Assembly: GCF_009914755.1 (NCBI RefSeq)
Contig: NC_060947.1
Strand: one strand, 5' to 3'
Origin: the human T2T-CHM13v2.0 reference genome, Homo sapiens
Length of the DNA: 64,000 nt
The notes beneath the pieces were generated by a model, which was not told the DNA's origin, ran no database searches, and worked only from the letters and a program-made list of their open reading frames with translations. Positions 1 through 14,158 of this stretch are shown here, piece by piece (position 1 is the first letter of the stretch; the number at the start of each line of letters is the position of its first letter). The translations under genes and the position numbers were made by a program.

Positions 1-575
1 CAATAATAATTAACCAGAATTACAACCCTTTCAGATATTAAAACATGCCTAGTAAACTTCTATTAACGGGTACCTACAATCAAGGTGAAGACAAAGGACA
101 TTCCTGTGAGAGGTAACAGTAAGAGCAAATACATGACTTAGGACTAGTAAACGACTCAGTGTTAGGTTTTCTATAAACATTCCATTGTTTCTCACGATGC
201 AGTATGAGTAACACCTGCTTCAAAAATTTCAGAGGGTGACTGTTTAAAATTTTATTCATGGGTGCTCTAGACTTATTAAATTTGGATCCATGGGAATGCG
301 ACTCAACAGTCTGCATTTTCAACAACAGATGCACCATCAAAAAACATCAAGTAGCTATATATAACTAAGGATATGTAGTTGAAGACTTGAGAAGACTGAG
401 CCATGTATTTCTAAAAGGGCTGAAAACTATGTAGTTTAGAGAATGCTCACTTTCTATAAAAAAGTGGCAGTGTTTGGAATTAGCCACACACTGTGGAACC
501 AATTACCATTTAAGTTATAATACACAGGATTCTAGAAGAAAAGAAAATGATCTTATCTGAAGTCCAGTAAGTTTT

Positions 576-617
576 GTTGTGTGTGTGTGAGGGAAGGACG
601 GAGGGAGAGAGAGAGGC

Positions 618-654
<37 letters not shown>
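576..654. repeat. Compound (TG)n/(GA)n microsatellite
   Basis: tgtgtgtgtgtga followed by an imperfect purine run ending in long gagagaga. Confidence 0.9.
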
Positions 655-656
<2 letters not shown>

Positions 657-902
657 ATAGGATGACAGTGCAAGGAGGCCCTGGTGTGGCTTCTAAGTGG
701 CAAGGAACCTTCAGTAAGAAAGCAGGCACAGTCTAAAGACTTGAAACCATGGAAATTAGATAGATTCCAGTGAAGGCTATGGTAGTGAGAGAAAAGTCAA
801 GTAATGTTATTGAATTAAATTCTTACTTGGATTTCCTAGGGAAGAGATGGATCAAGATGGTGAAATAGAAGACTCCACCAATCATCCCCTTCACACGAAC
901 AC

Positions 903-979
903 CAATTTAACAACTATCTACATGCACACACACAAAAGCTTCATCAATTTAACAACTATCTACATGCACACACACAAAA
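903..979. repeat. 35-bp direct duplication (42-bp period) in the L1 5' UTR
   Basis: caatttaacaactatctacatgcacacacacaaaa at 903-937 and 945-979. Confidence 0.9.
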
Positions 980-2511
980 CCTTTGTAAGAACTCAAAATC
1001 AGGTAAGTACTCATAGTACCTGGTTTTAACATCATATTGGTGAAAGAGGCACTGAAAAGGTAGAAAAAACAGTCTTGAATCACCAGTGTCGCCCATAACT
1101 CCCTCCCCGACCAGCAGCAGTTGCATGGTGCAGAGAGCTTCTCTGGTTGCTGGGGGAGGGAGAACTCAGCAATTGTGAGACATTCAACTCAGTTCTGTCC
1201 TGTTAGAGCAGAAAGGAAAACCAGACCAAACTCAGCTGATGTCTGGACACAGGGAGCATTTAAAGTAGCCCCAGCCAGAAGGGAATTGTTGATACTAGCA
1301 GTCAGAACTTGAGTTCTTGCAAACCTTGCCACAGAGGGTTACATTGCCCTGGGTCTTTAAGTAAACTTGAAAGGCAGGCTAGGCTACAAGGGCTGCAACA
1401 CTAAGGCAAATCCTAGAGCTGAACTGAGTCCAGATACAGTAGACTGTGGGGCACATGAGCTACTAAGACAATAGCTGGGTTGGCTAAGGGAATGCTGTCA
1501 TCACCCCTCCTTTAACCTTAGGTTGCACAGCTCACAGCTCCAAAAGAAGCGCCTTCCTTCTGCTTGAGGAGAGGAGAAGGAAGAGTGGGGAGGACTTTGT
1601 CTTGTATCTTGGATACTAGCTCAGCCACAGCAGGACAGGGCACTGGTCATAGTTGTGAGGCCCCTGTTTCAGGCCCTAGCTCCCGGATGACATTTCTAGA
1701 CATACCCTGGGCCAGAAGGGAACCCACTGCCTTGAAGGGAAGGACCCAATCTTGGCAGCATCCATCATTTGCTAACTAAAGAGGCCTCAGGCCCTGAATA
1801 ACCAACAGTGATTCCCAGGTACTACATCAAAGGCCTTGGTTGGGTCTCTGATTGTAAGCTTAAGGTACCCGCTTGGCTGGCCACAGGAGGGTAGAGCATC
1901 AGGCAAGCTCTTGGAGTCCCTGACTCCAGGACTTGACTCTTGGATGGTATTTCTGGACCTGCCCTGGGCCTGAAGGGAGCCCACTGCCCTGAAGGGTGAG
2001 TCTCAGGCCAGGCAACATTAACTACAAGCCGACTTACGGGCCCTTGGGCCTTAAGGGAACATTGACAGCAGTCTGGCAGTACTCCCCATGGCCTGTGGTG
2101 GCAGTGGCCACGGGGTGAGGCACCTCTGCCTTTGGAAAGTGGAGTGAACAGTAGAAAGGACTACATCTTGTGGCTTAAGTGCCAGTGCAGCCACAGTATA
2201 ATAGAACACCAGGTGGACTGCTAAGGTTTTTGATTCTATTATCGGCCTCCTGCACAACACCTTTGAATCCACCTGGGATCTGGGGGAACTCACCACACTG
2301 AGGAGAAGAACACAGGCCAGGCTGGTTTTGTCACCTGCTAATTGTAAAGCCCCAGGGTTTTGAGCGAACAGGCAGTAGCCAGGGGGTGATTACAGCAGGG
2401 CTCGGGTGAGACACAGTGCTATGTTTGCTTCAGGTCTGACCCAGTGCAGTCATAGTGGTGGTGGCCACAGGGGTACTTGTGTCACTCTGTTCCTACCTTT
2501 GGGTAGTGCAG

Positions 2512-2555
<44 letters not shown>

Positions 2556-4508
2556 CTCCATTGCTTGGGAGAAGGTAAGGGAAGAGAACAAGAGTCTCTG
2601 CCTGGTAATTCAGAGAATTCTCCTGGAACTAGCCCAGCACCATCAAGGTGATACCTCTATGAGTATGCAACAGCCAAAGAATTAATGGACTTGGCATGCC
2701 TTCTGAAGCAGCTGCAGCTTGGATCACAAACCCAATTTATTTTGAATATCTGGAGAGCTTTTCTAAGAAAGAGAGGTACAAACAAGCCCAAACATTGAAG
2801 ATTACAAGAAATACCTAACTCTTTAATGCCCAGATGACAAAGAACATCTACTAGCATCAACATCATCCAGGAAAACATGACCTCATTAATTACTAAATAA
2901 GACACCAGGGACAAATCCTGGAGAAAAAGAGATATGTGAACTCTCAGACTGATAATTCAAAATAGCTGTGATGAGGAAACTCAAAAGAAATCAAGATAAC
3001 ACAGAGAAGGAATTCAGAATTCTATCATATAAATTTAGGAAAGAGATTAAAGTAATTAAAAAGAAACAAACAGAAATTCTGGAGCAGAAAATGCAATGAG
3101 GATACTGAGAAATGCATCAGAGTTTTTTAATAGTGGAATTGATCAGACAAGAAAGAAGTAGTGGTCTTAATAACTGGCTATTTGAAAATGCACAGTCATA
3201 GGAGACAAAAGAAAAAAGAATATGTAGCACGCATACAGAATCTAAAAAATGGTGGAAAAGGGCAAATCTAAAAGTTATGGGCCTTAGAGAGGAGGTAGAG
3301 AAAGAGATAGGGGTAGAAAGTTCATTCAAAGGAAAAATGACAGAGAAACTTCCAAAACAGAAAGATACCAAGAAACAAGTACAAGAAGGTTGTAGAACAC
3401 CGAGCAGATTTAACCCAAAGAAAACTGCCTCAAGGCATTTAATAATCAAACTTCCAAAGATCAAGGATAAAGAAAGAATCCTAAAAGCAGCAAGAGAAAA
3501 TAAATAACATACAATGGAGCTCCAATGCATCTGGCAGCAGACTATTCAGTGGAAACCTTACAGACCGGGAGAGAGTGGGACGATATATTTAAAGTACTGA
3601 AGGAGAACAACTTTAACCCAAGAATAGTACATCTAGCAAAAATATTCTTCAAACTTGAAGGAGAAATATTTTCCCCGACAAACAAAAGCTGAGGGTTTTC
3701 ATTAACACCAGACTTGTCCTACAAGAAATGCTAAGGGTAGTATTTCAATGAGAAAGAAAATAATGATAATGAGCAAAAAGTAATCTCTTGAAAGTACAAA
3801 ATTCACTGGTAAGAGGAAATACACAGAAAAAACACAGATTATTATATCACTGTAACTGTGGTGTGTAACACTCTTATCCTGAGTAGAAGAACTAAACGAT
3901 AAACCAATCAAAAACAATAACTACAACATCTTTTGGAGACATAGACAATACAATAATATGTAAACAGAAACAGCAGAAAGTTAAAAAGCAGGTGGATGGT
4001 GTTAAGGTGTAAAGTTTTTATTAGTTTTATTTTGCATGTTTGTTTCTTCATGCAAACAGTGTTATTATTTAGTTGAAAATAATGGGTCATAAGATAGTAT
4101 TTGCAAGTATGTGGCATGCCAACAGTGAACAATCTGAAAAAGAAATAAAAAATTAATCCCATTTACAATAGCCAGAAATAAAATTAAATAGCGGGGCGTT
4201 AACCAAAGAAGTAAATGATCTAATGAAAACCATAAAACCTTGATGACAGGAACTGAAGAGGGCTCCAAAAAATGGAAATACATCTCATTTTCATGGATTG
4301 GAAGAATCAATATTGTTTAAATGTTCATCCTACCCAAAGCAATCTCCAGATTCAGTGCAGTCCATATCAACATAGCAATGGCATTCTTCACAAACATAGA
4401 AACAACAATCTGTACAGTTATAGGGAACCACAGAAGACACAGAATAGTTAAAGCTATCTTAAACAAAAAAGAACAAAACTGGAGGAATCACATTACCTGA
4501 CTTCAAAT

Positions 4509-5876
4509 TGATGGTGGTGGTGGTGTGTCTGGAGCAGCCTCTGTGGGGATGCCAGCTACAGTGGGGGAGATGCAGCTTGGGCTACACACTCCGCAGAGCC
4601 AGTGGGGGCTGGTAACAAGTGGGAGCCCCATCCCCTACTGAGTTGGCAGGGTGGGAGCCCCATGCTCCTGTGTGCAGCTGAAAATGCCCAGCCAAGGTTG
4701 TGAACCCAGGCATCCTTGCCCTCTCAGGGGCCTGGAAATCCATCCCTGCTTCTGCAGGCTCAGAAGTGCCTTTTCCCTCTCTCTGGCCTCTTCCCGCTCC
4801 TGGTGCCTGCTCTTGGGTGGAGCAAAGTTGTGGCCTTGTCTGGGTGTTGTAGCAACCCAACTGGGTGTGTGCATGATTGGGGCGGTGCTGACACAGCAGA
4901 CCCTGCTGCCTCAGCTTCCTCTAGACTTTGTGCACTGAGGAGCATGAGAGGGATACTGAGGAGGCTGAGGGTTGCTTGGCACGGGCCTGCATGCACCCCT
5001 TGGCACAAACAGCCTGGGTGCCATGGATGGCAGAAGGCAGACAGTCTCCGGGGTGGAAAGGGGTAGGTTTCAGGTGAAACCCCACCTTCAAGACAGATAA
5101 AGTCTGAAATCTGGGGGCCAGGCTGCCAGTTCCAAGTGGAGTCCATGGCCCAGAGTGATAGCTTATGGTACTTTTTCTTGGCCCACCCATGGCTCCCCAT
5201 GGACCAATCAATAATCATTTCCTCCCTGTGAGCCCATAAAAACCCCAGACTCAGCCAGACTCTGGCAGACATTGGGATTATCAGCTGCAGGAAGGAGCTA
5301 CCCACTTTTGGTCTCCTGAGTGTTCTGTCACTCAGTGAAGCTCATCTCCTGGCTGAAACATGCACCCCTGTTCACTGTGTTGTGGGCAACAAGGAGAGAA
5401 GAGTTGCAGCCCTTTGGGGACCCCAGACTTAGGGGGTCCCCGAGCCAGAGATGTGACATCCTCTTTGGGGCTCTGCAGTTCCTGGCATCTGCAACTTCCA
5501 AGCATCACCACGTTCCTCTCGTCCAGACACAGGTTGCTTGCAGTGGAAGGCACGTGCAGTACATCTGGTCCAGCCACAGCCTTGCATGGAGCTGGTACCT
5601 GTGCCAGTGCCTGGAGCTGCCTGCCCGACAGCAGAAGCCAGCATGCCTGGCTGGGCGCAGTGTCTGGTCCCCACACTTGCTCACCCACACACCCCTCACT
5701 TCTCTGCCCTGGCTTGCCCTTGGCAGGTATGGGATCCAGGCCAGTAGCATGAGCCAAGTGCAGCATGCTGAACCGAGTGGGCGGAATAAGAACTTGTAAG
5801 TAATACTGAAGCAGAAGGTGCTGCCAGCTACAGAGTTTTCTAGCTTGCAAAATGACACCCCAAGAATCCCATGACA
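4509..5876 (+). mobile_element. ERV1 solo LTR, MER52-like, inserted into L1 ORF2
   Basis: TG...CA termini (tgatggtgg...cccatgaca), 4-bp TSD aaat at 4505-4508 and 5877-5880; removal restores L1 cctgacttcaaattatactacag; GC-rich. Confidence 0.85.
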
Positions 5877-7509
5877 AAATTATACTACAGAGCTATAATA
5901 ACCAAAATAGCATGGTATTGGCATAAAGACAGAAGCATAGACCAATAGAACAGACTAGAGAACCCTGAAACAAATCCACACATTTACAGTGAACTCATTT
6001 TTGACAAAACTGCCATGAACATACACTGGGGAAAAGAGAGTCACTTCGATTAATGGTGCTGGAAAACTGGACATCCATATGCAGAAGAATGAAAGTAGAC
6101 CCCTATCTCTTGCCATATACAAAAATCATATTTAAATGGATTAAAGACTTAAATATGAGATGTCAAAAGTACTACAAGACACTACTACAAGAAAACATTG
6201 GGGGAAACTCTTTAGGATATTGGTCTGGGCAAAAATTGCTTGAGTAACACTGCACAGGCACCAGCAACTAAAGCAAAAATGAACAACTGCGATCACATCA
6301 TGTTATAAAGCTTCTGCACAGCAAGGGAACAATCAACAAAGTGAAGAGACAGCCCACAGAGTAGTAGACAATATTTGCAAACTATCCATCTGACAAGGTA
6401 TTAATAACCAGAATACTTAAGGAGCCCAAACAGCTCTAGAGGAAAAAAAAACTTATAATCCAATCAAAAAATGGGCATACAGAGGACAATCAGACATGGA
6501 AAAGTGCTCAACATCACTGATCACCAGAGAAATGTAAATCAAAACTGCAATGATATATCATCTCACCCCAGTTAAAATGGCTTATCTAGAAAGACAGGCA
6601 ATAGAAAATTCTGGTGAGGATGTGGAGGAAAGGGAACCCCCATACACTGTTGGTGGGAATGTACATTAGTACTACCAGTATGGAGAAATGTTTGTAGGTT
6701 CCTCTAAAAACTGAAAATAGAGATAACACATGATTCAGCAATTCTACTGCTGGATATATACCCCAAAGAAAGGAAATCAGTATATCAAAGAGGTATTCTG
6801 CACTGCCATGTTTGTTGTAGCATTCACAATAGGTAAGATTTGGAAGCAATCTAAGTGTCCATCGACAGATGAATGAAATGTAAAGAAAATGTGGTACATA
6901 TGCACAGTGGAGGACTATTCAGTCATAAAAATGAGATCCTGTCATTTGCAACAGCATGGATAGAACTGGAGATCATTATATTAAGTGAAATAAATCAGGC
7001 GCAATAAGGCAAATGCCATGTGTTCTCATTTATTTGTGGAATCTAAAATTCAAAACAATTAAACTCATGGCCATAGAAAGTAGAAATATGGTTACCAGAG
7101 ATTGGAAAGGGTAGCGAGGGGGTCGGGAGGAGATTGGAATGGTTATTGGGTACAAAAAAGTTGGAAAGAATGAATAAGACCTACTATTTGATAGCACAAC
7201 AGGGTGACTGTTGTCAATAATAACTTAATTGTTAAATTTTAAAATAACTGAGTATAATTGTATTGTTTATAGCACAAAAGTATAAATGCTTGTGGGGATA
7301 GATACCCGATTCTCTATGATATGGGGATGGATACCTAATTCTGTACGATGTGCTTATTAACATTGCATGTCTGTTTCAAAACATCTCATGTCCCCCATAA
7401 ATATATATACCAACTATGTGCTCACAAAAATTAAAAAAAAATAAGTAAATTCTTACTTGATTATATTTATACAAGTCTTTTACATATATTCTAATATATT
7501 TACATTAAT

Positions 7510-7685
7510 AATCATAATAATTTATGAGGGTAAGAACTCATGTCCCTCTTTTGGACATCAGGAAACTGAGGCCTTGAGGATTTAAGTGGTTTGTTTACTA
7601 CCTTATGTCTAATAGGTCAAATAGTCAAATGGTGAACGAAATTTGACTCAGAGTCCAGTATTATTGTTAATACACCACACTGTCT
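7510..7685 (-). mobile_element. MIR SINE fragment
   Basis: ggaaactgaggcc...aagtggtttg, reverse complement of the MIR core. Confidence 0.55.
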
Positions 7686-8360
7686 CCCTCACCTATTGAA
7701 ATGATAACAGTAATAATGACAACTGACATTAATTGAAAGCTTACCACATGTCAGATGTTTTTACAGCACTTTATTAATTTATTTAGTCATCTTTATTGAG
7801 TTATTTTTTTTCTACCAAAGTTGGCTTTCTTTCTTGACTGCTAAAATCCTTGTATCTAACATATGTCTCTTCCATGCAAATCTTCACAACTCTTTAGGAA
7901 ACACAGACCAAAAAATGTAGGGAAAAAATCCAAGAAAAAGGAGTGCTGGGGGGACACATGAATTACAAGACTGGACAGATTATGTTCATTTGGGACTATG
8001 TTCATGCAGTTGTCTCTGTCAATCAGTTATAGGGCTGTAATTAAGTAACAAAACATCACCTAAACTAACATTTAAAATGTTAGCTGACAGGGTACATTTC
8101 TATGAAAAATTTTAGCTGAGCCTCTTATTTTATGAACTTTAGGTTATTATGCCAACATGCAGCATGTAATGTCATGCTTGTTGCCCTAAGGTGTATTTAT
8201 CATCTTCGAATTGTTTGCTTTCTCAAACTAGACAGGCAGAGAACAAAAACCAGTTGTATGTATTAATATATAGTCAGCTTTAAACTTAAACCAATTCTAA
8301 ATAGATTTCTAATGGCTCATGAATCAAGTATCTGATTAACAGCTTTAAGAAAGATTCTTT

Positions 8361-8573
8361 TTTTAATTTAATTTTCTTATTATACTTTTAAGTTCTCAGA
8401 CACATGTGCAGAATGTGCAGGATTTGTTACATACGTATACATGTGCCATGGTGGTTTGCTGCACCCATCAACCCGTCATCTACATTAGGTATTTCTCCTA
8501 ATGCTATCCCTCCCTCCACCCCGCTACAGGCCCCGGTGTGGTGTGTGATGTTCCCCTCCCTGTGTTCAGGTAA
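8361..8573 (-). mobile_element. 5'-truncated L1PA 3' end (~210 bp)
   Basis: T-rich tail, tatactttaagtt..acatgtgccatggtggtttgctgcacccatc; 14-bp TSD aagaaagattcttt at 8347-8360 and 8574-8587. Confidence 0.9.
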
Positions 8574-9435
8574 AAGAAAGATTCTTTCCTGTCCAGAAAC
8601 AGAGGTCATTTTAGAACTTGGGGTTAGGCAGAGGAAGAAAAACCTAGAAGGTGTCAGATGCTAGCAGAGCATTTTTGCCTACTTCATTTCTTTGCATCCC
8701 TCTTTTCTGGTTTAGTTCTTGGGCCTGAAAGTCAATATACTCTGCTTTTCTTCAGTGAATGTCTTCTGATTTAGAATTAGGCCAAAACAGGCTTGGATTG
8801 AAAGATGAAAATACTGCTAGTAACTGATTTTACAGTGATTAAAGCATCAATAGAATAGATCTTGTCAGTATTCTTGTGAGAGTACTATCCAAATGATGCA
8901 TTGTGGTTTAAATAAGGCTTTCTGCTCTGAATAGGCCTGTACTTAAAAGTATTTATTGAGTACCCACAATGTATAAGGCACTCTGTTCTGTATTCTGAGG
9001 CACACAAACATAAATCAGATGTGAGACCTGCCCTTGAGGAGACTCTGTTACCTAGTAGCAACAAGACTTTTATGTGAAAGTGTATTTTTTCACATTTCAC
9101 ATCATATTCCACAAAAATATATAGGTATGTATATATTTTTTCCAGATTTCTTCCTTTGCACACAATGGTTTGGCGAGCTTGCTTTTATGTAATAAGAGAT
9201 CTTAAAATGCAGAAGCAGTTATATGAGCAGGTAACTGTGCGAGTAGAAAAGAGAAGTACATTGCATTAATTTACTGATTGTTCATGCCTCACTGTATGAA
9301 TAACCATTATATTTATATTACAAATTAAAACATCTTAACTTGTAGAGATAGAAATTACAGAATATATCTTGTTTTGCTGTACCATGTTAGTTTTCTTTTT
9401 GTTCAGATAGTTCTGTCTGTTACCATTTTATGGTG

Positions 9436-12400
9436 TCCAGTCCATCATTGATGGGCACCTAGGTTAATTCAATGTCTTTGCTGTTGTGAATAGTACTGTG
9501 ATGACTATGCAAGTAAGTGTGTCTTTTTGGTCGAATGATTTTCTTTTGGATATATACCCAGCAATTAGATTGCTAGGTCAAATGTTAGTTTTGTTTTAAG
9601 TTTGAGAAATCTTCAAACTGCTTTCCACAGTAGCTGAAATAAATTATGTTCGCATCAACAGCATATAAGCATTCCCTTTTCTCCACAGCCTCGCCAGCTT
9701 TTTGACTTGTTAATAGTAGCCATTCTGACTGGTGTGAAATGGTATCTCATTGTGGTTTTGATTAACATTTCTCCGATGATTAGTAATGTGGAGCATTGTT
9801 TTATATGTGTATTGGCCGTTTGTATATCTTCCTTTGAGTAGTGTCCGTTCATGTCTTTTGCCCATTTGTAATGGGGTTATTTTGTTTTTGCTTGTTAATT
9901 TGTTTAAGTTCCTTATAGATTCTGGATATTAAACCTTGGTCAGATGTGTAGTTTGTGAATATTGTCTCACCTTCTATAGGTGGCCTGTTTACTCTGGCAG
10001 TAGTTTCTTTTGCTGTGCAGAAGTTCTTTAATTACGTCACACTTGTTAATTTTTTGCTTTTTGCAGTTGCTTTTGATTACTTAGTCATAAATTCTTTCTC
10101 AAGGAAGATGTCCAGTATGGTTTCCTAGGATTTCTTCTAGGATCTTTATAGTTTGAGGTCTTACATCTAAATATTTAATTCACCTTGAGTTAAATTTTGT
10201 ACTTCATGAAAGGAAGGGGCCCAGATTCAATCTTCTGCATATGGGTAGCCAGTTATCCCAGAAACATTTATTGAATAGGAAGTTCTTTCCAATTGTTTAT
10301 TTTTCTCAACTTTGTCAAAGATCAGATGACTGTAGGTGTGCAGCTTTATTTCTGGGTTCTCTATTTTTTTTTTATCTTAGTCAGTGAGTCTGTTTTAGTA
10401 CCAGTACCATGCTGGTTTGATTATTGTAGCCTTATAGTGCAGTTTGAAGTCAGATAATGCGACGCTTCTGGCTTTGTTGTTTTTGCTTAGGATTTCTAGG
10501 GCTATTTGGGCAATATTTTAGTTTCGTATGAATTTTAGCATAGTTTTTTTCTAGTTCTGCGAAGAATGTTATTTGTAGTTTGATAGCAATAACATTGAAT
10601 CTGTAGATTTCTTTAGGCAGTGCGGTCATTTTAACAATACTTTTCTTCCAAATCATTAGCATATAAAGTTTTTCCATTTGTTTGTGTTGTCTTTGATTTC
10701 TTTTGGAACTGTTTTGTAGTTTTTGTTATAGAGATCTTTCACATTTTGGTTTGAACACATCAAACCTAAGCATTTTATTCTTTTGTGCCTATTGTAATGG
10801 AATTGCATTATTTACTTGGCTCTCAGCTTGGATGTTATTGTTGTATAGAAATGGTACTGATTTGTGTATGCTGATTTTGTATTAGAAATTTGTACTGAAA
10901 TAGTTTATCATTTCCAAGAGGCTTCTGGAAGAGTGTTTAGGGTTTTCTAGGTGTAGAATCTTATTGTCTGTGATGAGAGATAATTTGACTTCTTTTCCTA
11001 TTTGGATGCTTTTATACTTTCTCTTGCCTGATTGCTCTGGCCAGGACTTCCAGTACTATGTTGAAAAGGAGTGATGACAGTGGGCATCCTTGTCTTATTG
11101 CAGTTTTCAAGAGAAATGCTTCGGGTTTTTGCCCATTCAGTATGATGTTGGCTGTTGGTTTGATATAGATGACTCTTTTTATTTTGAGGTATGGTTCTTT
11201 GACGCCTAGTTTCTTGAGGGTTTTTATCATGAAAAGATACTGGATTTTATTGAAAGCTTTTTCTGCATCTATTGAGATGATTATATGGCTTTTGTTTTTC
11301 ATTCTGTTTTTGTTGTGAATCACATTTATTGATTTATATTTCTTAAATCAACCTTGCATCCCAGGAATGAAGTCCTGCTTGATTGTGGTGCATTAACTTT
11401 CTGTCGTGCTTTTGGACTCAGTTTGCTAGTATTTTGTTGAGGATTTTTGTGTCTAGGTTTATCAGGGATATTGTCCTGCAGTTTTCTTTTTTTAGTGTAA
11501 CTTTGCCAGGTTTTAGTATTAGGGTAATGCTGGTTTTTTAGAATGAGTAAGGGAGATGTCCTTCCTCCTTGTTTTGGGAATACTTTCAGAGGAATGGGTA
11601 CAAGTTCTTCTTTGGTAGAATTTGGCTGTGAATCCATCTGGTCCAGGGCTTTTTTTTTGGTTGGAAGTTTTTTTTTTTAAATTACTGCTTCAATTTTGGA
11701 ACTCAGTATTGGCCTGTTTAGGGTTTCAAATCCTTCCTGATTCAATCCTAGGAGGTTGTGTGTTTCCAGGAATATATTTATATCTTCTAGATTTTTTAGT
11801 TTCTGTGCATAGAAGTGTTCATAATGGTTCCTGAGAATCTTTTGTATTTCTGTGGGGTCATTTGTAATGTCACCTTTGTCCTTTCTGATTATGCTTATTT
11901 GAATCTTATGTCTTTTTGTCTTTGTTAATCTAGATAGTGTATGTCTTTCAGCAGGTTTTATATTGTACCATGCAGGTAAACCTACAAGCCCGTAGATGGC
12001 ACTTACAGGTAAGAGCTGGCTGCACTCAATACAGCTAGGTATATACTCGATTTTTGTTTACTGAGAGACTCTTTGTAGAGGACCCTGCTGTGCCACGATT
12101 TCAGCGGACCAGGCTGGGGCACCCAGCAATGGCCCACACAGACTAGTTCCAGGTCAACAAGCTGGCCCTGGTGGCAAGTCTCATTGTCCAGAAGAGACAG
12201 CTGCTGTAGCAGCTCTCTTCCCTACCCAGGCTTGTGACAGGGCAGAGCACAATTCCAGTTCCTACTGCTGAGGCACTTTTCACAGTTTTGGCTGTGGAGA
12301 CCCCCTACCTAACTCCAGAACAGAATTTCCAATCTCTGGCAAGGGACTAAAATGCCTGCGTGGTTGTGCCACCAGGTTGCCAAAACATGACTGGCTTTTA

Positions 12401-12826
12401 TGCACCCAAATTAAAAATGGCATCCTTCTCTTAGCCTTGGGTATGGGAAAATATCCGCAGCTTTTCCTGGTGTCTTTCCCTCAGAGTGTCTTCAAGCCTC
12501 TTCCCATGTTAGCTCCAGGGGTTGGGAGAAAGAAAGCGCTGTCCATTGGCCTGGGTTGCTTGGATCCCCAGTGGAAAGATGAATCATAGGGAGAGGCTCT
12601 CTGCCTCTCTCATGTACTTTAATCACTTTTATTTTTTCTCACCTTTATCAGCTGTATGCCATCACAGGGGCTTTGCTGACATTCTTCTCCCAAGGATCTG
12701 GGATGTCCCTCACAATTCTGGTGGATTCCCATTTTCCTTCTTGAATTAAAGCTCACAGAGTTTATCTATATGCACTATGTTGTTATTTCCAAGTGCCTGA
12801 GGCATGCTCAAATACGCTGTCTTGGG
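9436..12826 (-). mobile_element. Old L1 (L1PA15/16-L1PB-like): 5' UTR joined to ORF2 RT/C-terminal region; ORF1, endonuclease domain and 3' end missing
   Basis: RT motifs [35 protein letters not shown] (11012-11323); C-terminal [13 protein letters not shown]; 5'-UTR-like GC-richer block 11940-12826. Confidence 0.8.
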
Positions 12827-13559
12827 AAAACAAAACAAAACAAAACAAAAAAAACAAAAAATCTTAACTATCTTTATTGCTCTTCCTCTGACACCTAGAA
12901 CAAGTGTCAAGAAAAGTCTCAGCTCAATAAATAGTTGTTAAATGAGTGCTTGATTGAATAATTCTTAATTCTTAATCTTTCCCAACCAATGGACCAGTAA
13001 ATCTCATTAGTTATTTTAATAATGTCTCTTAGAGAGTAAATTTCCTCTGCATTTTTACAACTTATAACTTCCACTTGACCCTTGTTCTTTCAGACCTAGA
13101 TTAAACAATAATTTCTTAACTACAGTCTATTTTCAACCTATCTTGCATACTTCTATTATACTAATTTTCCTCACTGTTTTCCTTGTCCCATTTTATTGCT
13201 TATAACATACACATTTTACTAGGGGACTCATGAACCCTGTTAACCATCCCTTTTATAATGTGAACCTTGCAATTAAGCATTCCATTACAGAATATCTTTT
13301 ATGTCTGCAAAGTTTTACATGCCTATGGTTTCCCTTTTTATGTAGTATTTTTGTCTTCTCTTGTAGTCCCCAGAACACTGCTGGGCCCAGAATGAGTACT
13401 TAATAAATACTTGCTGTCCTGACATACAGACGGTTATCCGTTTGTGTTTTTGTGAAAAAGCTAAACTCTTATTCAACAAAATGGTCGAAAGAAACCAGAA
13501 AGTAACTATGCAAGTAGTTAGGAAGAATATCGGTGAATGGAAATTTTAATCTTAAAAAC

Positions 13560-13715
13560 TAGTGCTATAAAGGGGTAGTACAAAGGAATTTTGGGGGGAG
13601 TAATTAAACTGTTCTGTATGGTAGTTACATGATGCTATGCATTTGTTAAAATTCATAGAAATGCACAACAAAAAGGTGAATTTCACAGTGTATAATTTAA
13701 AATAAATTTAAAAAA
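13560..13715 (+). mobile_element. Ancient L1ME-type 3' end fragment
   Basis: actgttctgtatggtagttacatg..tgcatttgttaaaattcatagaa..ggtgaatttcac..aataaa resembles L1ME 3' ends. Confidence 0.5.
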
Positions 13716-13836
13716 TATTTTTAATATAATGAAGGTTTTAACTTTTTTTTTTTTAATGCAGTATACTAAGCAGCATCTTGTCTCCATGTTCTGGAGTTAT
13801 GGACTTGCTTTTTCTTTCTTAAAAATAGTTTCAACT

Positions 13837-14158
<322 letters not shown>

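Larger units (their letters stand above)
830..7445 (+). mobile_element. LINE-1 (L1MA2/3-like) with 5' UTR, decayed ORF1, most of ORF2 deleted, 3' UTR and A-tail
   Basis: 14-bp TSD taaattcttacttg at 816-829 and 7446-7459; ORF1 peptide RTPSRFNPKK..HLIIKLPKIKDKERILKAARE (3277-3507); ORF2 C-terminal fragment [16 protein letters not shown]; L1MA-type 3' UTR ending aaaaattaaaaaaaa. Confidence 0.9.

Noticed and set aside
4582-5877. Dense cluster of overlapping 80-180 aa ORFs on both strands
   Set aside because: Lies within the GC-rich MER52-like LTR; low stop-codon density, no recognisable protein
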